Shown piece by piece: positions 9,571-20,130 of a stretch of DNA of 64,000 bases (the stretch's first letter is position 1; every line of letters begins with the position of its first letter). The notes under the pieces are model-generated. The model was not told the DNA's origin. It did not search any database and was given only the letters and a program-made list of their open reading frames with translations. Position numbers and translations under genes: made by a program. Source of the DNA: Halobacteriovoraceae bacterium. GTDB lineage: Bacteria; Bdellovibrionota; Bacteriovoracia; Bacteriovoracales; Bacteriovoracaceae. The stretch lies in NCBI GenBank assembly GCA_963719505.1, contig CAVRCF010000002.1, positions 32,001-96,000 of the forward strand, given 5' to 3'.

Positions 9571-10893
9571 TTAGAATTCAACCTTCAATTTATTTGGTCC
9601 TGTCAAAAAAACTCTGTCAATTTCATGATCGTTTAGAAAAATCTTGATTTCTTTATTGAAATTGAGCATTTCATTATCGATATTGATATAAATGCTTTTT
9701 GCAATTGAATCTGAAAAGCTTAATCTGATATTATTATTTTCTATATTTGCTTTAAAATATATCGAAGCAAGCTCTTTAGTCGTTTCTCCAAGTTCTATCC
9801 AAAAATATTTCCTTCTAGCTCCTATAAAGAGATCATAGTTATATGTGTATTGATTATTATCTACTCTGTCAGCGGAGAGAAAGTTTCCAAAAAGAACTTT
9901 TTGATTTCTGTTGATCTTCAACTTGAAATGATCCTTTAGTTGATTTTTTAGAAGTACTTTGTCGTAGTTATGACTTCCTTCATAAAAAATAACTTTGTAA
10001 GGTGCTTTCATGCTGTGTAGTTTTTCAAGCTTTGTCACAGCATCAATTTGGTTTTCTGTTCTAGATATAAATGATTGAAAATGGTCATACTTTCCTTGCA
10101 GGTGAGTATATGGAAAATTAAAATATGAAAGAAGATTATGGTCTTTTCTCATATAATCAGCCATTCCAGCTGCTATTGGCATCATGAAAGCGTATTGATC
10201 TGCTAAATTTTGTGCTTCTCTCGTGATGGCCATTCCACCCATTGAGTGTCCAGACAACCCAATTGACTCCATGTCGATGAGACCGGTATCTGAGAGTTCT
10301 TTGTTTATTGCTCTTAGATATGTTGAAGTATGATATGACCACTGATGACTACTTCCTGATGGTAGAATTAGCATTATATTTAGGTCTTCAGCTATACTTA
10401 TAAGGTCATCCATATAGCTTTTAGCAACTGAGAGAGAACTCGTTCTATTTGCTGTCGATGCACCTCCACCGTGCAAAAATACTAGAGCTTTTATTGCAGT
10501 TGATCCTTTGAGATTTTTTGGAATATAATAAAGAATATCGTATTTGAAATCTAGGGGACTTTTTGGGATTTGAAATTTACGATGTTGAACACCACCATAA
10601 ACGAGAGATTCAAAAATGGATTTATCAGAATTGGAATCATTAATATTTATTCTTTCTAGAGTTTGGTCTGCAACTGCACTTTCACTCGTTTTAAGCTGGC
10701 ATTTTTTTGCCGCTGTTATATATGGTAAAAATTTTCTTTGAGCTTTGTAACATGCTTTTTTTACAGATTCACATTCATAAAGCGCTTTTTCAGTATTGAA
10801 ACTTCTTTTAATATCTCTAAAACACTTTCTGTCAACTTTTGCTGTCAGGCTTGAAGTATAGATAGAGAAAATAATGATGATTAATTTGAACAT
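9571..10893 (-). CDS. Secreted alpha/beta hydrolase (esterase/peptidase-like)
   Basis: Signal peptide from the ATG at 10893; VFLHGGG, GHSMGG, G.YD and GSH catalytic-triad motifs. Confidence 0.8.
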   Translation of the reverse strand: MFKLIIIIFSIYTSSLTAKVDRKCFRDIKRSFNTEKALYECESVKKACYKAQRKFLPYITAAKKCQLKTSESAVADQTLERININDSNSDKSIFESLVYGGVQHRKFQIPKSPLDFKYDILYYIPKNLKGSTAIKALVFLHGGGASTANRTSSLSVAKSYMDDLISIAEDLNIMLILPSGSSHQWSYHTSTYLRAINKELSDTGLIDMESIGLSGHSMGGMAITREAQNLADQYAFMMPIAAGMADYMRKDHNLLSYFNFPYTHLQGKYDHFQSFISRTENQIDAVTKLEKLHSMKAPYKVIFYEGSHNYDKVLLKNQLKDHFKLKINRNQKVLFGNFLSADRVDNNQYTYNYDLFIGARRKYFWIELGETTKELASIYFKANIENNNIRLSFSDSIAKSIYINIDNEMLNFNKEIKIFLNDHEIDRVFLTGPNKLKVEF

Positions 10894-10933
10894 TCTTTTT
10901 ACCTTGAGTGAAGTTAACTCTGATATAATTAAA

Positions 10934-10964
10934 AAGTCGGGCACAGGGGTAATGAGCCCGACTT
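10934..10964. terminator. Hairpin, probable terminator of the 11021-11341 gene
   Basis: AAGTCGGGC / GCCCGACTT inverted repeat with A/T-rich flanks. Confidence 0.5.
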
Positions 10965-11020
10965 CTTTATTTTTTAGTGACCTCGTGACAGGTACTAATA
11001 CTTTTTATTAAACTATTACA

Positions 11021-11341
11021 TTAGTAGTCGAGACAAAGTTCGTGAGAGCCACTATTCCAAGAAATCTCAATACATCTTCTTGAAGTTGTACGAATGGAAA
11101 ACTTCTGGTTATTGTTTGGCGAGTAGTAAACCGAGCCTTGACCATTTTGAAAAGGCACATCAGACATGTGACCATTGTAGTTATACGTACCTCTTAGCTG
11201 TCCATTAGCTTTTTGACTAATATTTATAGCTCTTCCAGAACCTTCAATAGATGAATAAGTTGTAAGTAGAAGTGACTGATTAGATTGTGAGTAGCCAGAA
11301 ATTCCGCTTAGATTAAGCGCTAATACAAATAAATTTTTCAT
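11021..11341 (-). CDS. Small secreted hypothetical protein
   Basis: AGGAGA RBS, signal-like N-terminus, two C-terminal Cys. Confidence 0.65.
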   Translation of the reverse strand: MKNLFVLALNLSGISGYSQSNQSLLLTTYSSIEGSGRAINISQKANGQLRGTYNYNGHMSDVPFQNGQGSVYYSPNNNQKFSIRTTSRRCIEISWNSGSHELCLDY

Positions 11342-11846
11342 ATATCTCCTTGAGGCTTATTTAGTAGCACTAAAACAACATGATTTGCGCGCGATGTCAT
11401 GAACTGCGAATATTTTACACGAATCACTTATAAGTTGTTTGGGCTGATCGTATTTTATTAAATAAGATGATTATCTCTTAGAAATAGATCCATCGTTGAT
11501 ATAATCACGATATAACTTGAATTGATCTGGGTAGTAAAGCTTGAATTAAATATTGGTTTGACTGGCCTAGAATTAAACCTTAGTGCATTCTCACTATAGC
11601 GTCTGACAAAAAATGTTGGTCTTTTGAAAGTTTAAGAGTTCGGCTAAAAAAAGTAATGGTAAAATAAAAGGCTATATTTGAATTTTTTTTTGATCGCTGG
11701 TGTCTCACTTCGATTGAGCTCTAGTGGAGGCTATCAATTTAGATCAAATATTGGCCTAAAGACATATAAGCCACTGTTTTGACTTAAAATAGTCTTTGCT
11801 TGCCACAGATTCGTGCCACTCTTTTTTCATTTTTCTTAAATACACC

Positions 11847-11873
11847 TAATGTATCTCATCGAAAGTACGATAA
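11847..11873 (+). promoter_or_regulatory. sigma28/FliA-type promoter
   Basis: TAAT-N15-TACGATAA upstream of 11947. Confidence 0.5.
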
Positions 11874-11946
11874 GAAGCTGTAATGCAGTATTACTAAAGT
11901 AAAAATCGATTAATATATGCAGTAGAATCCAAACGGGAGAAATAAA

Positions 11947-14577
11947 ATGATTTTAAAAATCTTGTCGATAGCGCTATTATTTTCAACCTCGCTCCGCGCA
12001 GGTATTAATGATACGGATGTTTGTTCTGAAGTTGACAGAGGTGATTCAGCGACTCTTGGTGGTTATGCTGGAGAAATCCCTGAAGCTCTTATGAAGCAAA
12101 TAGAGTCTTTTAAAGGTGAGGTCGACTGTGTTGAAAAGGCTCGGGAGGCTGCAGGTAGTATCAACTGGGTTAAAGAGATGAACAAAGGTTCAGTCGAAAG
12201 AAATATTGCAGGAGGGCTCGTTCTACAGGTAAAAGCAGATTGTCCGCTCGGAGACTGCAGCGATAGTTCCATGAAAGTATGCACCAAGGGTGATGTTTTT
12301 GAGGAGCGTCTAGGAACGCTCGATCATTATTGTCGTCAGCTTGAGAGAAGGTTTCGAGTCGATCAGTGCAAAGAGAATGTTAATAACAATGAGTTGTACA
12401 ATAGTACTCCTCCAGCATTCCTTAAGAAGAGAATGGAGACTGCATCGCTTATAGGGGAAGCTTATAATGATTATAAGCTGAACTATAGAAAAGCTTTTGA
12501 GGAGATATCGAAGCTTAAACCTTCAGCGATTCACGCAATTGCTAACGCTGAAAAAAGCAATCTGAAAATTAATGAGGTTTTAACTAGCTTGAAGAAAGAG
12601 AATAATGATAGTCAAGAACTCGACTTTAATGGAGAAAAACCTTCAAAACTTGGTGTCGAAAGTTTTAGAGAATTTAATAAATTTTCTAATCCAGCGGGAA
12701 ATCTTGCTCAAATTAACAGTGATGTTGACGAGTATATAAAGTCTAATCCATTCGAAGACATAACCAGTTCCTTTAAAAGTTTAGATGATTTTATTTCTAC
12801 TAATAGTAAGAGCGTTAAATCCATCAGAGAAGAAATTGATCAGAAGATTGTCTTGAGAAAAAAGATAAGCGGCAAGGAGTTTAAAGAAAACTTGCAGGCA
12901 TTTATTGATAAAAAATCAGATGACCCAAAATCAATAAATTATCCAAGAGTAGAGTTTTTTGATATAGTAAATTCTATTCTTAATTCAACCACTGACGATG
13001 AACTCATCATTATTAAAGAGGGAAATACTCCATTAAATGAAACGTTAGTTGAGAGAGTCTTTAAAGATCCGTCTCTCAAAAGAAAATATGATTTAGCTTC
13101 TACTAGGTCTGTTGAGACTGCCTCGGATTCGAATAAAAACACAAATATTGATGTTAAAAAAAGAATTATTATTCAAAAATTAATTGCTGAAAGAAAAATC
13201 AGAAAAGACAAAAAAACTGGAGTCTACTCTGTTAAACCTTTTGACGATATGAGAAAAAACATAGCGGATAACTATATTAAAACTTTGAAAGATTGCGTCT
13301 TAAGTAAAGGATCTTTGACGGGATCAATTGATCCCGATTTAGTTACATCTAATATTGTTAATGAAGACTATCTTTCAGACTCAGATGTTCAGATAAAGAC
13401 AAGTCAAAAATTTACAGTTGATGGCTCTCTCAGTAGCGATGAAGCACTCTATCATAATGTATTTAGCGATTACTCCAATATGGACTCTTATAATAAAGTA
13501 AAAAATGTCAAATTGTCGTGCAGTGACATGGAGTCAAAGAATCATCCTAATGATTTAGTTCCTCTTTTTGGATTTGGCAACCCTGAAAAACAACGAGAGT
13601 TCTACAAAAATGATTGTGAAATTAGTCAAGGAGCTGAGCTTGTGTCAGGTGTGAACAAGAGCAGCTTAGCGAGGGAGCTCAGACCTGGAAAGAAGCTTTT
13701 TGAGGACGCTCAGTTGCATGTCAATGAAGCGCAGAACCAGTCAATTGTTGACTCTTTTCTCCAGAATCCTAAAAATTTCACATATGGTATGAAGTTAAAT
13801 GTCTCTGGTGGTGCTTCTGACGTTTCCATGTCTGCGGATCACTCTGATATGTACAAGAAAGAGTACGGATTGGATGCTAAAATTCCAAACGAGTTTAAAA
13901 ATGAGTATCTTGCGTTGTCCAGAGGGATATATCAGATTAACGATATTCGCAAAAAACTTAAAGAAAGCTTAAGCAATGGCGCATCCACCGTACAAAAAGA
14001 AAATGGCAAAGACTTTTTGAATAAGTTGAAAATATCTAAAGTCGACTTTGTCAAATCTACTTCAGCTATGGGAGAAGGTTTTAGGGAAGAAGCTAGGAAG
14101 ATGTGGTCTTCAATTCCTGATGAGTTAAAGACCGAATCATCGAATGATTCTTTAGCTTTTGATTTCAAGGTTGAAAAGGCGAAAGTTGATGGAGAAGAAT
14201 TACCTTGGATTTCTATGGGTTCTAGTCGAGACGATATGTCGAAGTACTTGAGTAAGGTTATTCCTGGAGACTCTGATAATATAAAAGGTATGAGTCTTGG
14301 TGAGCTTCAATATTTGAAAAAAAGATGGATGGCAGGTGATGTTTTAGGGCCTGGGAAGGTTCATACGTATGATGATCTTTATCGAGGACTGAGAAAAGAA
14401 GAACTTCTGGCAGATATACCAAATTCAAAGAAACTTAAAGTTGAGAGATCTTTAAGAAACTTTATCAAAATGAAGTCTAAAGTTGTTCTTGATTGTCTAG
14501 ATGAATCAATTGCTCTTGCTTGTGAGGGGAAATATGAAGAATCTACGGTTAGAGGTGTTCAAGCGGTTTCTAATTGA
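11947..14577 (+). CDS. Large secreted hypothetical protein (876 aa) with a possible degenerate OmpA-like peptidoglycan-binding motif
   Basis: GGGAG RBS, signal peptide, Cys-rich N-terminus, LNVSGGAS...NEYLALSRG segment. Confidence 0.7.
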   Translation: MILKILSIALLFSTSLRAGINDTDVCSEVDRGDSATLGGYAGEIPEALMKQIESFKGEVDCVEKAREAAGSINWVKEMNKGSVERNIAGGLVLQVKADCPLGDCSDSSMKVCTKGDVFEERLGTLDHYCRQLERRFRVDQCKENVNNNELYNSTPPAFLKKRMETASLIGEAYNDYKLNYRKAFEEISKLKPSAIHAIANAEKSNLKINEVLTSLKKENNDSQELDFNGEKPSKLGVESFREFNKFSNPAGNLAQINSDVDEYIKSNPFEDITSSFKSLDDFISTNSKSVKSIREEIDQKIVLRKKISGKEFKENLQAFIDKKSDDPKSINYPRVEFFDIVNSILNSTTDDELIIIKEGNTPLNETLVERVFKDPSLKRKYDLASTRSVETASDSNKNTNIDVKKRIIIQKLIAERKIRKDKKTGVYSVKPFDDMRKNIADNYIKTLKDCVLSKGSLTGSIDPDLVTSNIVNEDYLSDSDVQIKTSQKFTVDGSLSSDEALYHNVFSDYSNMDSYNKVKNVKLSCSDMESKNHPNDLVPLFGFGNPEKQREFYKNDCEISQGAELVSGVNKSSLARELRPGKKLFEDAQLHVNEAQNQSIVDSFLQNPKNFTYGMKLNVSGGASDVSMSADHSDMYKKEYGLDAKIPNEFKNEYLALSRGIYQINDIRKKLKESLSNGASTVQKENGKDFLNKLKISKVDFVKSTSAMGEGFREEARKMWSSIPDELKTESSNDSLAFDFKVEKAKVDGEELPWISMGSSRDDMSKYLSKVIPGDSDNIKGMSLGELQYLKKRWMAGDVLGPGKVHTYDDLYRGLRKEELLADIPNSKKLKVERSLRNFIKMKSKVVLDCLDESIALACEGKYEESTVRGVQAVSN

Positions 14578-14604
14578 TAACTTAAATAAGGGGCGATATC
14601 TCTA

Positions 14605-17132
14605 GTGTACATCTTGATGATACTTTTCTCATTTTCTGTTTTTGCAAGCTACGAAAGTGATAGATTATCATCTTTGACTCTTTTTGAATCATTAAATTGC
14701 AAAGGGTATATTGAAAAGGCTGATCCACAATTTTATACGCAAATAAATACTGATGTTCTTTACAGTGGAGAGACTCAGCTTGGAGAAACAAACTGCTCTT
14801 TAGGAATAGGCTGTAACACTCGCTATAAGTATCTTCAGCCTACAGGTAACAGTGGAAAAATAAAAGAAGTTTATATTAATCAACTCGATGAAACGAGAAG
14901 CATTAAAGCCAGAGTGACGTCAAATTATCAAAATAACGGTTTGAGATCCCTCGTAGATGATATTAAAAGTACCGGCGCCCCTTCAGCTTGCATCGTTTTT
15001 GCCCACCTTGAGGTCGCAAAAAAACTAGAAAATTGGTATAAGAAAAACTGTAAGACAGCGGATCAAAAAATGAAGTACAACACTCATTACTGTAATAATA
15101 CCAGAGAGACAATTGACAATGTATTCGGACACTTAACAAAGTCAAAAGAGAAAAGTAAATTTTCTCTATCCGCAGATGACTTCTATTCCATTTTTTGTAT
15201 TGATGTCGATAATGAAAGTCAATCGTATAAAAAAACTCTTCATAAGAATAATAGCAATAATAAAGTTTCTTTTGATGAGAAAACGTTAAGTATTCCATCG
15301 AGTTTTACCCAGACATCTTCAACTTACACTCCGCACAAAAAATATCTAGATAAAGCCGTTGATAAATATGAAAAATCGTCAGGTGTCAGAGCAATATTTG
15401 AAATGTCTCCATTGAGGTCACCAGCTGTTTGTACTGACTTTTTTAGAGAATTACATCAAGAAAGCATTAAAAACTTAGAGACTTTTGATACTAAAGCTTT
15501 TAGTGATTACAATAAATCATGCGATAAGAGCTACAGAGACTCGATAGATAAACTGGCGAAAGTGAATCCAGTCTTCTGGGAAAATAATAAAAATGATTAT
15601 ATTAATGCCTTAAAATCAAAGAACCCTCGTGAAGTACATAAAAGTTTAAAAACAGTTATTGAAAAAGATCGAAGTAAAGTTTTGTCATATCTTGCAGGTT
15701 TAGATAAAGAGAACATTGTTAAGCATAAGGCTCTGAGTATTGCCGATCTTCTTGAGTATTCTGAAAACTTTGGTAATGTCGAAGGTGGAACTTGTAGTAC
15801 CGCTACAATAAAATATGGTGCTGGTTTAAATCTCAACTTATCTATGAACAATAGGGGGGGGTATATTCAAGGAGAAACAACGATAGAGTGTATTGGACCT
15901 GAAAACTCCATTGACGAACTTTTGAAAGTCCCATCAGGCGGCACATACACTTAAACTGCTATTGCTCTGGCGGTTCAAGCACAGGCTTTACGACTAACCT
16001 TGGACCCGGTGCGGGTGTTAATGTTGGAGGACTAGCTTTGAAAACTTTTGGGGATTGTAGAGAGGCCGGAGATTACGAGGGAGGTTTTTTTAATACATCT
16101 TTCGGAGGATCTTATTCAGCTGCTCCAGTAGATATCGGCATGGGATTTAATTTGGGAACGGGGTTAGATTTAGAAAAAATGAATAGGGCTTTAAAGGAAG
16201 CTAGAGTTGATGCAAAAACTGCAAAGTTATTCGATAGACATATGGAGGAATTATTTAAGTTCTCTGTAGTTGAAGCGCAGAAGGATCACAAACTTGCACT
16301 AACTTCCTTGGCTCTCTCTGGTATGGTCGCGCCAGTCATCGCTCAAACATTTTTGGTAAATAAAGACATTTTTAACTCAGCAAAAGAGATATTTAAAAAG
16401 TTAGAAGAAAAAAAGAATGGATTAAATGCTCCAACAGTACCCAGTAATTATAAGTACCAAAATCCTACTCCTACTGATGAAGTACTCTCTTACTATCACG
16501 ATCCGATGCAAAGACTTTTGACTTCCTTTTACAAGAAAAAAGGAAGTAGTGAACAAATGTCTTCTTTTAAACTCTTTTTCGATAAAATGCTCAAAGGGGA
16601 TGATAACAAGCTTGGTGGTGGATTTTTAGGGACCTGTCATGCTGTGTCGCTAAATGCTTCAGTCGGAAAATCTTTTCCTTCAGCGTCTCCAGTTGTCGCT
16701 TTTTCGGCTGGAGTTGGTTACACAAAGTACCATAATGGTTTTGATATTAATATTAACAAGGACTCTGTAGACTGTATTGTAAAGCACGGAATTGTAAACA
16801 GTATCGTTCTAGGAACTGGCCTTTTCGGCGACTCCTGTAATATTGTAGATTTAAAAAGTAATATGTTTAAGGAGTGTAGTAAGGCTACTGCTGAGGCGGT
16901 TAAAGATTTTGGTGAGACAGGTTTTTTAATTGCGAGTAGAACTAAGGAGGAGAGGCTGTACAAAACTCCTACAAAGTATACTGACCACTATTTGGATGAT
17001 GCAATTATTAAAGTCTCAGGAAAAAGGGAAATCTATAAAAAATTAACCGAAAACTACGAAGATAGTGTTCACTTAAGTTTAATGAAGCATCAAGAAGAAG
17101 CTTCATTATTTGAAATAAACTGTGGCTTATAA
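14605..17132 (+). CDS. Large secreted Cys-rich protein with Gly-rich beta segments; one gene split by a frameshift near 15951 (ORFs 14605-15954 and 16038-17132)
   Basis: The downstream frame is open back through 15951 (LNCYCSGGSSTGFTTNLGPGAGVNVGGLALKTF). Adding one T at ACTTAAAC fuses the two ORFs. Confidence 0.7.
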
Positions 17133-17151
17133 GCAAAAAAATGTGTTAAGT

Positions 17152-18388
17152 TGCAGTAGTCACGACTTGCGTTTACAAAACGCTCTCAGTCAAAGCTAAT
17201 TTTTATTGTACAGAGATCTCATCACCTGTACTTTTGTTATCGTAAACCATCTCTCCATACTTTAGAACTCCTTCGGTAAAAGTTTCATAAGGAGTTCTCC
17301 CTTTGCACCTCTTTCCTTGATTCGTTCTTTCAAAGTTATAGATCTTCATGAAATCGTCTAAGTCTTTCTGCATTTGATCTAGGCTTTTATAGAGGGTCTT
17401 TCTAAAAGCAACACTATAAAATTCAGCCTGAATCGTTTGATTCAGCTTCTCTACGGCTCCATTTGTTTGGGGATGTCTCACCTTGGTTCTACTGTGTTCA
17501 ATATCGTTAAGGTGAAGAAAAAGCTGATAGTGGTGTTGTGTTTTTACTCCACAGTACTCTCGACCGTTGTCTGTTAAAACTCTCAGAACTGAGATCGCAT
17601 GCTCATCAAAGAATGGAAGAACTTTACTGTTAAGAAAGTCCGCTGCGACTGTTTGGGTTTTATCAAGATAGAGTTTTGCAAAGCCGACATTTGAATAAGT
17701 ATCGATTCCCGTTTGCTGATAAATTTTTCCAACACCTTTGATGTACCCTACGTAGTAGGTGTCTTGAGCAAAAAGGAACCCACTGTGGTGTGTTTCAATT
17801 TCTCCATGTGCCTCTTTCTCGAGCTTTTGATCTTCTAATGCTTTAACTTGAGATTCTGTCAAAATGTTCTTCTCGTTTTTAGACCACTCTTCAAGTCTTT
17901 TAAGGCGGAGTTTTTTGTTCTCGATTTGATGACGAAGCCATACACTTCTCACGCCACCTGGACTAATCAAGATACCGGCTCTTTTAAGCTCGTTAGAAAC
18001 TCTTACTTGTCCATGAGTAGGATTTTCTAGGGCATAGTCTAGGATCGATTTCTCTGTTTCTGGGGCACAGCGATTGGCCATTCTCGGGCCTCGTCTAGTC
18101 TTCTGAGTAAGTCCTTCAAGGCCTTCTTCTTTAATCGCTGTTTTAATGTCGTAGTAATGTTGTCTGCTCACACCCATTTGTTTGCAAGCTTTTGAAATGT
18201 TCATCATCGTGTCAGCAAAGTCTACTATGCTAAGTTTCCGATTAATGAGATACTGTTGTTGAGTCATGTGTTTCTCCTTTTTGTTAAAACTGTTTTGTAG
18301 TAATTACAATTTTAACTGAGAACGCATGACTCAAAAATTACCGGCAATCTTTAGTCAAGTGTTGTAAATGCAACTCGTGTTACTTCCA
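17152..18388 (-). mobile_element. IS481-family insertion sequence (1237 bp)
   Basis: TG...CA ends. Imperfect IRs (TGCAGTAGTCACGACTTGCGTTTACAA vs TGGAAGTAACACGAGTTGCATTTACAA). Direct repeat GTTAAGT at 17145-17151 and 18389-18395. Confidence 0.9.
17203..18267 (-). CDS. IS481-family transposase
   Basis: N-terminal HTH (NISKACK.MGVSR..YY), QDT, LTDNGREYCG and PQTNG.VE DDE motifs. Confidence 0.95.
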   Translation of the reverse strand: MTQQQYLINRKLSIVDFADTMMNISKACKQMGVSRQHYYDIKTAIKEEGLEGLTQKTRRGPRMANRCAPETEKSILDYALENPTHGQVRVSNELKRAGILISPGGVRSVWLRHQIENKKLRLKRLEEWSKNEKNILTESQVKALEDQKLEKEAHGEIETHHSGFLFAQDTYYVGYIKGVGKIYQQTGIDTYSNVGFAKLYLDKTQTVAADFLNSKVLPFFDEHAISVLRVLTDNGREYCGVKTQHHYQLFLHLNDIEHSRTKVRHPQTNGAVEKLNQTIQAEFYSVAFRKTLYKSLDQMQKDLDDFMKIYNFERTNQGKRCKGRTPYETFTEGVLKYGEMVYDNKSTGDEISVQ

Positions 18389-18395
18389 GTTAAGT

Positions 18396-18860
18396 CTATT
18401 GACACTTATATATTGATCTTTCTGAACCTTTTATTACTGTAAGATCTAGGGAACTATTTAAAATCATAACCTTCCTGTATTTTCGAGAAGGTCTATAAAC
18501 ATTGCGAGTGTTTTCAATTTGATAAAAAGCTGAACCATTTTCACATCTAGACTTAACAATTAAATTGTCTCCAAACGCTTCATTAGGGCCATAACTTTGA
18601 TCAATGTAATAATTGAAAGTTAATCTTTCATGCGAAGTGATCATATATTCATGCTGTGCTTTGTCTTCTATGATTTTTAAAATGAGACTCTTATCATTGA
18701 ATACTCTATCTTGTGTTTGTAAGTTGTACATCGGTAAGGGGGTTAATACTAAGCTTTTACTACCATTCGTATGAATGCATGTATACTCTTGCCTTGATAG
18801 GTTTGGGCAAGTTGAAGCTATAGCCGCGAAGCTCACTAAGATGAATACTAAAATTTTCAT
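18396..18860 (-). CDS. Secreted hypothetical protein
   Basis: AAGGA RBS, signal peptide, CP.L....Y.C N-terminus. Confidence 0.7.
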   Translation of the reverse strand: MKILVFILVSFAAIASTCPNLSRQEYTCIHTNGSKSLVLTPLPMYNLQTQDRVFNDKSLILKIIEDKAQHEYMITSHERLTFNYYIDQSYGPNEAFGDNLIVKSRCENGSAFYQIENTRNVYRPSRKYRKVMILNSSLDLTVIKGSERSIYKCQ

Positions 18861-18881
18861 TTTTATCCTTTTTTATTTATA

Positions 18882-19478
18882 TTAATTACAATTCAATGTA
18901 AGGGATTTTAATAACGTTTGTTTGACCTCTCGATATCTTTCTTGCTTGGATAGAGCTATTTGAAGATCTTGAATCTCATGTTTTATGGCATTTGTTTCTC
19001 GAGGGGTTAATATTAGGTTCTCATCTCTAATGGGAGGTTGTGAGAGCCGTATTCTTTCTTTATTCTTATTAATTCTAAGTAATAATGAAGCTTTGAGGTT
19101 ATCAATAATTTGGCTATTATCTACAAATCCTATCTCTATGGGGGACCTTAAAAAAAAACTTTTATTCTTAAACATCAATTTTTCCTTTAGTTCAAACGTA
19201 ATTTGATTATCTTCTACAATAAAGAAGTTGAGAGAGTAGGTATTTAAGTTTTTAGATATGTCATACTCAATTCTTGATCTTTTATCCGAGTAAGATTGAA
19301 AAATAGTAAAGTTGTTTAAATCACCGGAGGGAATATTTTCGATTAATAATCTCAGATCTCCACTCATTTCAACTCTCGCTCCATTTAACATATTAATCTG
19401 TGTCACTTCAGCATCAAGATGACAGCTTGTTCTAGCATCTAAAGAAAATAGAGTTAGAAATAAAAAAAATGTTTTCAT
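18882..19478 (-). CDS. Secreted hypothetical protein
   Basis: Signal peptide; ATGA overlap with the upstream gene. Confidence 0.65.
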   Translation of the reverse strand: MKTFFLFLTLFSLDARTSCHLDAEVTQINMLNGARVEMSGDLRLLIENIPSGDLNNFTIFQSYSDKRSRIEYDISKNLNTYSLNFFIVEDNQITFELKEKLMFKNKSFFLRSPIEIGFVDNSQIIDNLKASLLLRINKNKERIRLSQPPIRDENLILTPRETNAIKHEIQDLQIALSKQERYREVKQTLLKSLTLNCN

Positions 19479-20119
19479 ATATTATCTCTTATGAAGTTAA
19501 CTAAAAAAAGGTGAGACTTTAACCTCGATAGCTGCTGATGATCTTCGGCTGGTGTTTGGCTTATAAGGCTGCGAATTTTGTAAAAATCCCATTTTAAGTT
19601 TGTGATAACCCCCATATTGACTATTTTGATGTCTGCATAGTCTGTTTCAATTAGCGATGGAATTGATAGTGATAAACTAGAATAATTTTGCATAAAAAAC
19701 TTTTTCTTTTTTATTGAAATTGGCAGACTGTAAGATTCATTACCTTTTGTAACTAAAATTTCAATCTTTATCGCTTTTCGCTTTTTATCTATCTTTTCAT
19801 TATGAGCTAAAAGACTACCGATCTTACATACCTCTTTTGGATTAACATAAAAATTAGTTGGGAAAACTACTTTTTCATTTCCCCCGATGATTTTTATCTT
19901 TGATATATATTTAAGATTTCTTGTTTTGTTCTTGAGTTTAATTAAGCTCTCACATAGCCTCAAGCCTTGATCATCATTTTTAAATCGGCTACTAATTGTT
20001 TCAACAATTTCTCCGTTCCTGTATAGGTTATTCTTTATGGAAGTCATGAAGTTCAAACTGAAGTGCTTTGCTGCAAATACGTTTGTTGATAATATTAAAA
20101 TAATACATAAATATTTCAT
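19475..20119 (-). CDS. Secreted basic hypothetical protein
   Basis: GGAG RBS, signal peptide ending in VFA. Confidence 0.65.
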   Translation of the reverse strand: MKYLCIILILSTNVFAAKHFSLNFMTSIKNNLYRNGEIVETISSRFKNDDQGLRLCESLIKLKNKTRNLKYISKIKIIGGNEKVVFPTNFYVNPKEVCKIGSLLAHNEKIDKKRKAIKIEILVTKGNESYSLPISIKKKKFFMQNYSSLSLSIPSLIETDYADIKIVNMGVITNLKWDFYKIRSLISQTPAEDHQQLSRLKSHLFLVNFIRDNI

Positions 20120-20130
20120 CTATTAGCTCC

